From Octopus sinensis (Eukaryota), in NCBI RefSeq assembly GCF_006345805.1, contig NC_043004.1:50158001-50222000 (forward strand): a stretch of DNA of 64,000 bases, written 5' to 3'. The translations under genes and the position numbers were made by a program. Shown here piece by piece: positions 1-11,919 of this stretch. The notes beneath the pieces were generated by a model, which was not told where the DNA came from, ran no database searches, and worked only from the letters and a program-made list of their open reading frames with translations. How positions within the stretch are numbered: position 1 is the first letter of the stretch; every line of letters begins with the position of its first letter.

Positions 1-142
1 ACATACACACATACATACATACACATACATGCACATACATATAGACACACATACATGACAATGCATACATAAATACATGTGCATGCACACATACGCACAT
101 ATTATACCATACATATATGTATACATACCGTACATACATATA

Positions 143-370
143 TTTCTTCACTACCCTCAAGGGGCTAAACATAGAGGGGACAAACAAGGACAGATAAACG
201 GATTAAGTCGATTACATCGACCCAGTGCGAAACCGGTACTTTATTTATCGACCCCGAGAGGATGAAAGGCAAAGTCGACCTCGGCGGATTTTGAACTCAG
301 AACGTAACGACAGACGAAATACCGCTAAGCATTTCGCCCGGCGTGCAAACGTTTCTGCCAGCTCGCCGCC
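143..370 (-). mobile_element. SINE family A (tRNA-like head), monomer
   Basis: A-box-like GGCGAGCTGGCAGAAACGTT, B-box-like GAGTTCAAA.TCC, core GCCTTTCATCCT.TCGGGGTCGAT. Confidence 0.9.
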
Positions 371-796
371 ATCTACCGTACATACATATGTTGACATATA
401 TCTACATACGTCGACTATCATGTCTAACATTTCGTTCAATCACTGCAAACACAGTTTTTATGGAATTGCATAAATTACTTGGCAGAAATGTTTTCTCAGT
501 AATTTGCAGTAAGTAGCTACAGTTTACTTGAGCATAATGCATCATTCTACAGACATTGTCACTAAACACTTAACACCTCCGCCGTCTCTGCCTCAAATTG
601 ACAACTGCCGCCGCCACCACCATCACATCCTCCAACACTGCCCCGTTCCTGCACACCCCCATCATCGTCTTATTGTGTCGCAGTGACCCCACCCCCCACA
701 CTGAGGACTTCATTTGCATTTAGCTGTTGCTGATATCGTCGTCATCATCGTGATCCTTGTTGATGTTACTGCTGTTTGGTGCTGCCACCTAGTTCT

Positions 797-909
797 GGAT
801 TCATTCCCACTGCGTGGAACATTGGGGCAAGTGCCATCATATACTAAAGCCCAGGGCCGACCAAAACCTTTCAGTGGATTTCGTAGACTGAAACTGAAAG
901 AAGTCTATC
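797..909 (+). mobile_element. SINE family B head fragment running into a long (GT/GC) tract
   Basis: TCCCACTGCGTGG...GGCCGACCAAAA...GAAACTGAAAGAAG. Confidence 0.8.
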
Positions 910-1253
910 GTGTGTGTGTGTGTGTGTGCGCGTGTGTGTGTGTGCGTGCGTGTGTGCGTGTGTGCGTGTGTGTGTGTGTGTGCGTGTGTGTGTGTGTGCG
1001 CGTGTGTGTGTGCGTGTGTGTGAGTGCGTGTGTGCGTGTATGCGTGTGTGCGTGTGTGCGTGTTGTGTGTGGCGCGTGTGGGTGCGTGTTGTGTGAGTGG
1101 CGTGTGTGCGTGGTGTGCGTGTATGCGTGTGGTGCGGGTGTGCGTGTGTGCGTGTGTGGTGTGTGCGTATGTGCGTGTGTGTGTGTGTGGTCGTGGGTGT
1201 GCGTGTGTGTGAGTGCGTGTGGCGGTGTGCGTGTGTGCGTGTGTGCGTGTGTG

Positions 1254-1285
<32 letters not shown>

Positions 1286-1578
1286 CGCGTGGTGTGTGCT
1301 TGTGTGTGAGTGCGTTGTGCGTGTGTGCGTGCGTGTGTATGTGTGCGTGTGTGTGTGTGTGTGTGGCGCGTGTGTGTGCGTGTGTGTGAGTGCGTGTGTG
1401 CGTGTGTGCGTGTGTGCGTGTGTGGTGTGTGCGTATGTGCGTGTGTGTGTGTGTGTGCGTGTGTGTGCGTGTGTGTGAGTGCGTGTGTGCGTGTGTGCGT
1501 GTGTGTGAGTGCGTGTGTGCGTGTGTGTGTGTGCGTGCGTGTGTGTGTGTGCGTGTGTGTGTGTATCTGCGTGCGTGT
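910..1578. repeat. Long compound (GT)n/(GC) tract
   Basis: Direct reading; about 670 bp, almost strictly alternating purine-pyrimidine. Confidence 0.98.
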
Positions 1579-2188
1579 ATATCGATAATAATGAACGCGA
1601 AATTCTAGTTGTATGGGACCTCGGTATCTCAGTCAACATTTGCTCTACATAGACATATTTTACCTTTTGGACAGGATGATTCCGGGACTGAAAATCTGCC
1701 CTTCGTTTGGTTATTGAACACCCAGCATTGGGATCTGATTTAAAACCATTTGGATTACTATTTCTGGCAGATAAAGCTTGATTAATTAACGCCATCTTGG
1801 GTGACGTTTGTCAGATGACGTCAGAGTTCAAGGGGGAGATAAATTACATTCGGTTCGTTAGTTTTCGTCGAGATAAGAACTTTTGGACAAATTGGTCAAC
1901 AGCTGGAATGCAAATTGGGACTGGAACAATGGAATGATTGCATTACAGAATTGATTCTCATTCGTCTTTAACCTCTGATGAAGCACCCCCGAGGTATATA
2001 GTCATTATAGACGTATTATAGTCATTTATCACTCTGTGGTTTGGGGCTGCAGGCCCAATTAACCCTCGTAGGTCGGCTTTTAAGCTAGTTTGTATGTGTG
2101 CGTGCGTGCGTGTGTGTGTGTATCTGTCTGTCTGTCTGTCTGTATAGCCACTACACAAATTTTTTCTCTCCTTGTTTTTTCTGTATCC

Positions 2189-2224
2189 CTTTCTGTAGAA
2201 GAGCGTAGGATCGAAACGTGAAAG
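2189..2224 (+). ncRNA. Degenerate hammerhead-like motif (core CUGUAGA, G at the cleavage position)
   Basis: CTTT-CTGTAGA-A-GAGC(GTAG)GATC-GAAA-CGT-G-AAAG. Stem I pairs over 4 bp, stem II has one mismatch and there are two core deviations. Confidence 0.45.
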
Positions 2225-2355
2225 ACTTTTTCCATTCCTGAGCGTTATACTAATACATCTGTTTGTTTTGTACACCACCTGTCTTCGTCTTTTGTTTTTT
2301 TCGTAAACACTCCCTATATATATATAATCAAAATAAGCAACAAGAATAACTCCGG

Positions 2356-2447
2356 TAATTTGGTACGATCGTTTCGCACTACATCATTTTATTAAATGTT
2401 GTAAGTATTACAACAGTTTTAAAATGCTGAGCACTCATCAGCCATTA
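2356..2447 (-). ncRNA. Type I hammerhead ribozyme-like motif, canonical core, long rod-like stem II
   Basis: Minus strand reads UAAUGG-CUGAUGA-GUGCU...AGUGC-GAAA-CGAUCGU-A-CCA(AA)UUA. Stem II is extended by 7-bp and 8-bp helices. Confidence 0.75.
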
Positions 2448-2694
2448 ATAGAGGTTTTCCATTAATATATAATTTTCATATCAAGTGGTAACATTGTAGA
2501 GAAGGTAGATATATAGACAAAGATGTGGATTTAAATTCTCTCCTCCTATGGTAAAAAGGTGACACCCAGTGAAATGTTTTGATGGAATAACAAGAGAGAC
2601 GTTTAGGGCACAGCTCTTCGTCGAAAGCAGAAAAAATGTACAGACAGGAAAAAAATTTGGAAGGAACAGATTGTTCGAAAAAACATGTGCGTCG

Positions 2695-2726
<32 letters not shown>

Positions 2727-2837
2727 TGTATGTATGTATGTATGTATGTATGTATGCATGCATGTATGCATGCATGTATGTATGTATGTATGTATGTATG
2801 TATGTATGTATGTATGTATATATATATACATGTGATA

Positions 2838-3037
2838 CGTGTGTGTGTCCCTCACCACGGCTTGATAACCGGTGTTGGTTTGTTTACGTCCAGATAACTT
2901 AGCAAAAGAAACCAATAAAATACTACCAAGCTTTAAAAATTAGTTCCGGAGTCGATTTGTTTGACTAAGCCCTTCAAGGTTGTACCCCATCATGGTAGCA
3001 GTCCAATGACTGAAACAGAACAAAAATAAAAGATAAA
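2838..3037 (+). mobile_element. SINE family B tail half
   Basis: GTCCC...CTTGATAACCGGTGTTGG...ATGACTGAAAC. Confidence 0.75.
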
Positions 3038-3117
3038 ATATATAGCGAGTCAGTTCTGATTAAGAAGACCTGTCCAAAGACGTTTCAGCCATAACCATTT
3101 CGTCGTTCATTCATTAT

Positions 3118-3547
3118 AGGAGTGGCTGTGTGGTAAGTAGCTTGCTTACCAGCCACATGCTTCCGGGTTCAGTCCCACTGCGTGGCACCTTGGGCAAGTG
3201 TATTCTACTATAGCCTCGGGCCGACCAAAGCCTTGTGAGTGGATTTGGTTGATGGAAACTGAAAGAAGCCCGTCGTATATATGTATATATATATATATAT
3301 GTATATATATATGTGTGCGCGTGTATGTTTGTGTGTCTGTGTTTGTCCCCCTAGCATTGCTTGACAACCGATGCTGGTGTGTTTATGTCCCCGTCACTTA
3401 GCGGTTCGGCAAAAGAGACCGATAGAATAAGTACTGGGTTTACAAAGAATAAGTCCCGGGGTCGAGTTGCTCGTCTAAAGGCGGTGCTCCAGCATGGCCG
3501 CAGTCAGATGACTGAAACAAGTAAAAGAGTAAAAGAGTAAAAGAGTA
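3118..3547 (+). mobile_element. SINE family B, full length (tRNA-like head, internal microsatellite, AAAAGAGT tail)
   Basis: GGAGTGGCTGTGTGGTAAG...GGTTCAGTCCC...GGCACCTTGGGCAAGTG...(TA)n(TG)n...GGCGGTGCTCCAGCATGGCCGCAG...GTAAAAGA repeats. Confidence 0.93.
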
Positions 3548-3549
3548 TT

Positions 3550-4200
3550 GCATATGCGTCCTTTCTTTCTAATAGCAAGAAGGTATGAATTGATGACAGA
3601 AGCAAGGCTGCAATTTCTAACATGTTGTTCGATTTCGTAAAAGCTCCTTCTCTTGATCGGCAGATGAAAGCTTGTCGGGTGTGGCGATGGTAATACACTG
3701 CTTCCTAATTCAGAGAACATCCGCTGTTGTAGTCGTGATATATAAAACAGAGCGAGTATATAGCATGTTTGCGAACTATAATTGTGATATGTTGCGGAGT
3801 GATGGCTGCTCAACTAAACTTTCTTTCATAATCAGGGAAGCAGAAACCGTTCTAGTAGGGGGTAAAAGAGAGAGTGTGAATCAGCAGAGTTCTTTTTGAG
3901 GGAGATTTGGATGCCGGTTGAGTGATTTCACCAGAGGATCTTCCCTTAATTAAAAATCAGAAATATTTCTTCACTGGAGTATAACGCCGGAACGAAAGGA
4001 TTATATTGATGTTTTTAAATAAGAGATACACCAGAACCCCTTTCTCTCTTTGATTCCAGTGGATGATGGTGTTATTTTGTCGCGTTTGCACAAGAGAGGT
4101 TGACCTACTGGACTCAAACAGTCTCTGCTGCAATATTTTTCTCGTTTGTAGTTCAGACTGAGTAACTTTCTTAGACAGGTTGCTTTTGTCGTGCTTCTAG
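3550..4200 (-). pseudogene. Possible highly decayed LINE ORF2 C-terminus
   Basis: Weak motif similarity only (LFY...SELGSSVLP...LASVINSYLL). Confidence 0.3.
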
Positions 4201-4274
4201 AAAACTTGTTTCTCTCTGTTGGTTTACAGAAATAAAGAAAAGATAATGAAAATAAGACGATATAGAATAATGCT

Positions 4275-4485
4275 TTCCTTTATTGGCACATGGCCTGAAA
4301 TTATGGAGGAAGTGGCAAGTTAATTACAGCGATCCCAGTACTCAACTGGTACTTAATTTCTCGACCCCGGAAGGATGAAAGACAAAGTCGATCTCGGCGG
4401 AATTTGAACTCAGAACATACCGCAAGAAATGCTACTAAGCTTTTTGTTCAGCGTGCTAACCATTCTACTGCCTCATCGTCTTAAG
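4275..4485 (-). mobile_element. SINE family A, diverged
   Basis: Shares the core and B box. Confidence 0.75.
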
Positions 4486-4876
4486 GAGATTTAGAATAAT
4501 AAAACAAGTGAAAAGAATTAAGAGTGAATTTTTTTCAAAAACAAAAAAAGAATAACTTTAATAATTGTTTATCTTATTCGCCCGGTGGCAATGGCTACGG
4601 GCATTTTAACTTTCATAAGACAATTACTAACAGTATATAAGTTCATACAGTAATTCTACCTCAAAAGATGTGTATTAGTTCATAGAGTGACTATACCAAC
4701 GCGTGTATGAATGTAAGTGTATATGCGCGCGCGTTAGTGTGTGCGTGTGTGTGAGTGAGTGTGTGTGTGCGTGTGTTAGTGTGCGTGTGCATATGAGTTG
4801 CGGTGAAACTGTCAGTTCTCACACGTCAACAACTAAATGAATTTAGCAGCTATACTTTCATGCTTGCAGGAGGTAA

Positions 4877-4923
<47 letters not shown>

Positions 4924-5686
4924 AAGTTGTGAGGGGTAATGGTGTCAAGAGGACCCAAAGGTGTCAGGTGATGCTGAGTAAGTGCTATGGACAGACTATA
5001 GTTAAGCTCCAGGTTCGGTGATTATACGAATGAGGAGTCCAATGTCGGTCATATATCGAGATTTGAACTGAAACATGTTATCCGCCTACCCAAACACTTG
5101 TTCACTGCAATGCTGTGCATAAAACAGTCAAAAGATGCCTGTGCCCTTGAAAGTTTGTAGTCCATTGACAGTTCCAACAGCACCTTCCATAAGCATATTT
5201 CATTTGACGATAACTAAATGCCAAAACCCCTGTCCATGATTGAATGTTTGCTCTGACATAAGATATTTAAGAGACGTGTAAAAGTGTAAAAGTACTAGTC
5301 CTGGTTCTACGACTTTCTTCACGTGACAATAGCGACATAACTGAACTCCAACAAGCTCAATGAAGTATGTGTGTATTCTTTTGTTTTATAGAATGCTGCT
5401 GTGAGAAAGTAAACTCTGCGATATGCATAAGAGGAATTCCAGGTACTACATAATTAAAGTATGCATATTTTCACACATATTTACTAAAAGAATATCACAC
5501 ATATATACACTCGCACACATACACATATTCACAAAAACACAAACATATATGCATATATACACACAATATACGTGCGCGCATATATACATAAATACATACA
5601 TACTTCATGCATACATATACAGAAAAATGTATGCATTGCAAACGTGTAGGTGTTCCTAGATATAGGCTTATATATGTGTATCGATG

Positions 5687-5823
<137 letters not shown>

Positions 5824-6364
5824 GGGTATGTAATGTACATATATATATACAATCAAAATAAGCAACAAGGATATCCAGAGGTAATGCAGTTCAATCGTTT
5901 CATGCGATCGTACTGCATTACCACTGGATATCCTTGTTGCTTATTTTCATTTATAATCACCCCATTTTGAATTATATGGATAATACCATACTAAATTCTG
6001 GTGCCTTTAACTTAAGTACCATATTCATCTGAATCTAAATTTTAGTGCGTTCAATCATATAATAATATAAATAATATAATATATATATATAAATTATTTC
6101 CGAAAATATATGTTAACATGTCCTTTTTAAGGTGATCCAAAATTTTGGATCACCTTAAAAACGTGTTAACTTTGTGCTTCAATCAGCTCATCAGAGCTCA
6201 GTTATGTTGTTTCTGCTACGTTGTATTAATTTCAATGATATTTTCTATAGCTATATATGTTAAACAATAGAAACAATTGTCGGCTTTATAAGGTAAATTC
6301 CACAATAAAGATGCAATTTTCTCTAGACGTATTATTCGTTGTCAAATACTTTTTTTTTTATTTA

Positions 6365-6657
6365 AAGTTCCAGCTCAGAGCTGCGGCCATGCTGATGCAC
6401 CGCCGCTTTGCGCTACACTGTTATTACTAGGAGCCTCCTCTAATATGTGGCACTTGATGAAGAATGGAGTTTGATATACCTACTCTTATTTGCACCTCTT
6501 GCCGTGAGGTAGGTTCATCTGGGACTCTCGACAGGAAGAGGTTCAGCTTTGATTTAAAAACCGCTACATCTACTTTGTGCAAGTTCCTCAGACTCTTTGG
6601 GAGAATATTAAAAAGCTGTGGGCCCTTGAAACCCAGGCTGTTGCAATAGCTGGTCCT
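6365..6657 (-). mobile_element. 3' end fragment of the same CR1-group family
   Basis: The reverse complement aligns with about 8460-8760 (TTCAAGGGC.CACAG, CCAGATGAACCTACCTC) and ends in an A-rich tail. Confidence 0.8.
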
Positions 6658-6753
6658 ATATATAAATGTTTTCCATTTTTTCTCTCGCTGTTTGCGTATT
6701 TAGTTAATTTATTTTCGTATTTCATCTTGTTTACTGTTGGTGACGTCCTGTAC

Positions 6754-6756
<3 letters not shown>

Positions 6757-6794
<38 letters not shown>

Positions 6795-7057
6795 GTGTGT
6801 GTGTGTGTGTGTGTGTGGTGTGTGTGTGTGTGTGTGTAGGCATATATATGCATATATATACATATATACATATATACATATATATATGTATCCATATATT
6901 ATATATATATACATGCATACATACATGCATACATGCATACATACATACATACATACGTACGTACATATGTACGTACATACATACATACATACATACATAC
7001 ATACGTACGTACGTACGTACATACGTACATACATACATACATACATACATACATACA

Positions 7058-7109
<52 letters not shown>

Positions 7110-7170
7110 AATACATATACATATATATGTGCCTGTGTGTATGTATATGTGTGTGTGTGTGTGTGTGTGT
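6757..7170. repeat. Compound (TA)n/(TG)n/(TACA)n tract
   Basis: Direct reading. Confidence 0.97.
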
Positions 7171-7224
7171 AATACTGGCAATAGATAACGTAAATGCAAA
7201 CTCACAGCTACTGGCTCGATGAAT

Positions 7225-8760
7225 TTCTAACAACCCTTCTAAAGTCATGCAAATGAGCCCTTGCAAAACCACTGCAGCATCTTCTTCGGAGCTTCTTTGC
7301 AAATGGTAAGCTCACAGGCAAACTGTAGGAGGGAATAATAAGCCCTATTCTTAAAGGAAGAAGCAGAGCAGATGCTAAAAGCTATAGGCTTATCTCTCTG
7401 ACCTCACGCATCGGCAAAGTCATGGAACGAATAGCCCGAAGGAAATTATCTGCACCCCTTAAAGAGAATGGTTTGCTGACTGACTTTCAGCATGATTTTC
7501 GACCAGGTAGAAGCTTCCTGATACAGCTCTTTCAGCCCTACGACTGTGTGATAAAGCAGCTGTTCAACAACTCAAATGTGGACGTGATATATCTCGACTT
7601 TGCAAAAGCCCTTGATAAAGTCGACCACAGTATGATATATCACAAGCTGCATAATTTTGGCATAGTCGGGAAACTTGGAGAATGGCTACATGACTTCCTA
7701 AAAGACAGAAGTCAGACAGTGGTGGCCAACGAGGCCACCTCCAAGGAGACACAAATAATTTGTAGTGTTCCACAGGGCACTGTCTTGGGGCCGCTGCTAT
7801 TCATAGTGACCCTTTCACTCATGCCTTCAGCGGCTCGGGTAGCCATCCTTGCTAGCTACGCAGATGACACAAAAGTCTCGCAGAGGATACAGAATTCTGG
7901 AGGCGTTGCGCATCTACAACGGGAGTTGAACGCAATATACTGGTGGACTGAGGAAAATAACATGCAGTTTTGTGCCGGAAAATTCCAAGCTCTGCGCTAC
8001 CAACACACGAAGGTCAATGAAAAGCAGACAGGGTACACTGGCCCAAGAGGGAATGCAATCCCTGAATCAAAGTCAGTGCACAACTCGGGCATCGACATGA
8101 ATAATGATGCATCTTTTTAAGTGCATATTACTAAATTGGCAATAAAATGCAGACGGTTGGCCGGATGAATCCTGCGAACGTTCAGAACGAGAGAGCCAGA
8201 AACCATGATGGTCTTCTGGAGGACATTCGACCTCAGCCGTTTGAATTACTGCTTCCAACTGTGGTCACCACACAGTGTAAAATTAACGAAGGAACTCGAA
8301 GCAATCCAGCGAAGCTACACAAAGATCGTCTCAATGCGACATGTCAGCTTCGAGGAGAGATTGAAAAATACTCTACTCCCTAGTTCAAAGGCGGGAAAGA
8401 TACAGACAGCATAACGGGGCGTCACTGCATGGTACCCAAAATCCCAACATTGCCATCAGATACCGGACCAGATACTGCAGCAGCTTGGGCTTCAAGGGCT
8501 CACAGTTCTTCAATATACTCCCACAAAGCCTGAGAGAACTACATGGAGTGGATGTAGGCGTCTTCAAAACAAAACTGGGTCTCTTCTAGTCAAAAGTTCC
8601 AGATGAACCTACCTCGCGTCAAGAAATTCAGATGAGGGTAGCAACATCAAACTAACCTCATTCATCAAATGCCACAGATCAGAGGAGGTTTTGTGAAAAT
8701 AGGAAAGCAAACGGCTGTGCCCCAGCATGGCCACAGGTCTCGAGCTGAAACTAAAAGAGA
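7225..8760 (+). mobile_element. CR1-group non-LTR retrotransposon, 5'-truncated, decayed RT
   Basis: ORF 7422-8120 contains QHDFRPGRS, IYLDFAKALDKVDH, SVPQGTVLGPLLF and YADDTK. The upstream frame gives YRLISLTS, and C-terminal pieces (LNYCFQLWSPH) are frameshifted. Confidence 0.92.
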
Positions 8761-8794
8761 AAAACTATATATATATATATGTATAAATGCCGGT

Positions 8795-8872
<78 letters not shown>

Positions 8873-8920
8873 TGTGTGTGTGTGTATAAATGCCGGTTAT
8901 ATATATATATATATATATAT

Positions 8921-9092
8921 AGGCGCAGGAGTGGCTGTGTGGTAAGTAGCTTGCTAACCAACCACATGGTTCCGGGTTCAGTCCCATTGCGTGGCATCTT
9001 GGGCAAGTGTCTTCTGCTATAGCCCCGGGCCGACCAATGCCTTGTGAGTGGATTTGGTAGACGGAAACTGAAAGAAGCCTGTCGTATATATG

Positions 9093-9123
<31 letters not shown>

Positions 9124-9320
9124 TTGTCCCCCTAGCATTGCTTGACAACCGATGCTGGTGTGTTTACGTCCCCGTAACTTAGCGGTTCGGCAAAAAGAGA
9201 CCGATAGAATAAGTACTGGGCTTACAAAGAATAAGTCCCGGGGTCGAGTTGCTCGATTAAAGGCGGTGCTCCAGCATGGCCGTAGTCAAATGACTGAAAC
9301 AAGTAAAAGAGAAAGAGAAA
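8921..9320 (+). mobile_element. SINE family B, full length
   Basis: Near-identical to 3118-3547. Confidence 0.93.
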
Positions 9321-9604
9321 GATATATATAACGGTTAGTCAAGGCCATAATACTTTTGATAATAAGTCTACTAAATCAATGCTGACTTCGGGGCAACAAC
9401 AGCAACAACGTTACAATTATTCCCAGAGTCTTCATATCTATTTCTTCATTCGCATCTATTCGCTTGTATTCCTGCTCTGTTCTATTCTATTCTTCTCTTC
9501 GGTATTTTTTAGTGGAAATCGTGGGAAAATATTGGACGAGCGAAATTTCAGCCTGTTTACTGAATCACAACTTGCAATAATAACATGTAATTGAATGTTA
9601 CGTT

Positions 9605-10650
9605 CAACAGTTTGTTCTTGCTACACGTACACATACACAAACACACACACCTACACACACACACACACACACGCACACACACACCACACACACACACATA
9701 CACACACAAACACACACACAAACACAAACACACACACAAACAAAAATATACACACAAACATACAAATACACATGTATACATATATAAATGCACTGACGTT
9801 CAGATAAACACAGACCTACGCAGACATTCACAGTGAAGGTCTCTTTTCTTTCTCTCTGTCCATTTGTCTCTCTCTCTCTCTCTCTTCTCTCTATCTCTCA
9901 AGCTTCCTCTTTCTCTAGTTGTTGCCCTCTCTCTTTATTTTTCTCAACTATTTCTCTCAACCACTCTCTCTTCCCTCTCTCACCCTTCTCTTAGCCTCTC
10001 TCTCTCTCTCTCTATGTCTATCTATCTATCTATTCATCTATCTATTCATCTTTCTGTCTATCAATCTCTATCTCTCTTCCATTAATTCAGACATCAGAAA
10101 TGGGAAAAATCTTGGCTCCATGTGGATACACCACACTCACAGTCTGTCTTTGTGTGAGAATTCTGAAAATTCGGAACTGAGAAGGATAGAATATATGTGT
10201 GTATGTAGGGATGAGCTTGAGATACAGAAAGGGATAAAAGAGGTATAGAAGAAGAGAGATGAGGTGAGAGGTAAAGAAACCGAAAGAGTTGGGAGCAAGT
10301 TGTTGGGTAGACATCCACGTATAGATGGAAAGTAGGGTGAATTTGGAGAATCAGGTTTATAGATAGAGAGAAGACAAATTGTGGGAAATAGATAAGAGAG
10401 AGAGAGAGATGAGGAGATAAAGATAGGTAATGATAGAAACCATGTTTTAAAGGAGAGAGAAGAAGGAAAGAGAGAGCTGAAGTGAGAGTAGGTAGAGATA
10501 ATCAATAAACATACAACTTAAAAGGAAAGGACAGAGATAGGAGAGTTGAGGGTAATAAGAAGGAGAGTTAGAGAGAATTGTATATGCCAACAACAGGAAA
10601 GAAAAGTGAATGAAGAAGACAGAGAAACACAGAGGGCAAAGAATGAGAGG
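9605..10650. repeat. (CA)n, CT-rich and GA-rich low-complexity block
   Basis: Direct reading. Confidence 0.9.
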
Positions 10651-11499
10651 CAAAAGTACTTCTGACATCTGTGTAGTTATCTTGTCCGCAAATGTTCTGA
10701 TATTTGAATGTCTACATATGTCTGTACGAGCGTACATTTGATTGTGGTGGCACAGCATGGTTCCAACCTACTGGTTGGAACCATTGAAAGACTAAAAGAA
10801 TTAGTGCTTGTCAAGTCTTCAGTTACCCTTAAGGAGCAACCGATATTTTGTTACGGTTTAGTTATATAATACACTTGGTGGTGAATATGAGTGTTGGGTA
10901 CAGATCATACGGGTTATCATACCTATCTATTCATAGCTAACATTCCCTACGTAATGGGGTGGTGTCTAGTGTTACCAACAGCTACAGAAAGTGAGGTAAT
11001 GTAGGATATAGTGTACGTTCCAGAAGTGTAAAATAAATATTCTCTTGGATATGACATCAGTATATCACAGCTAACATCCCTCGAATACCGTGATAGTATA
11101 TATTCTTATCAACAACTAGGTGAAATTGAGGTAATTTTGAATAGAGTGTGCTGTCTAGACCGACATATAGAGCATGTGAAATAAATATTCCCTAAATAAT
11201 ATGGTGGATTCGGTTGTTATTTCCAGCAGATCGAGTGGCCATGTAGAGGTTACTTTTGTTAGTTCGTTGTGCACAAGTAAATAGTGCTATGACACACTCT
11301 TTATCCTTTTTACATATTACATGGGTTTGAGCCAGTGTGCAATTAGGCAACAGCTATGACACAAATATAAGTTAACAGTTAAGCTTGTAGCTGTGATATG
11401 ATTATCCTAATGTAATTATCCAAGTGTAATAACAAGCTGAGAAAACAAAAGCATTATCTTCAGCAATCTTTATTGATAACATTAAACAGTTTATCCGTC

Positions 11500-11800
11500 C
11501 ATCCATTCGTCATCCGTCCATCCGTCCGTCCATCTTCTCCGCCCGCTATTCTTTGAAGGATCGTAGAAAGTAGAATCCTACTTTCACCTTCTCCATTGGG
11601 TCCCATCAGAAGCAACAGTCATTAGACTTTCTGGTTGGATTCCCAAGCGCAACCAGCTGAGACTGTGGCTATTATCCAACTGCCTCGCCCTTTCTCTACT
11701 CTTAGGTCTTCTGTCGGTTGGCTCGGCTCATTCCTGCGACATTAGAATGTCGCAGGAGGATCAGTGCCTCAGTCTCCGCAACGCTACTTCTCAACTATGC
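11500..11800 (-). mobile_element. Probable RTE-clade LINE 3' end
   Basis: The minus-strand translation LRLGIQPESLMTVASDGTQWRR resembles RTE C-termini, and it ends in a (GGAT/GGAC)n tail. Confidence 0.55.
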
Positions 11801-11854
11801 CTTGTAACACTCGGCAGCAAACCTATTCAGTGCATGCTGGGGATCACTTTCTGA

Positions 11855-11893
<39 letters not shown>

Positions 11894-11919
11894 TGTATAT
11901 TCTTCTATTTCTTTTATTG

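Noticed and set aside
714-1795. Long ORFs (254 and 296 aa) of VC/HT repeats, and similar YI/HT/MYVC ORFs throughout (e.g. 41760-42755)
   Set aside because: Stop-free translations of dinucleotide and tetranucleotide microsatellites, with no coding signal.
6365-8760. Head-to-head CR1 pieces as a twin-priming inversion
   Set aside because: Both pieces carry their own 3' end and are clearly diverged, so they are independent insertions.
11732-11757. 26-bp near-perfect palindrome
   Set aside because: Lies inside a LINE 3' remnant, is a single short instance, and has no supporting context.
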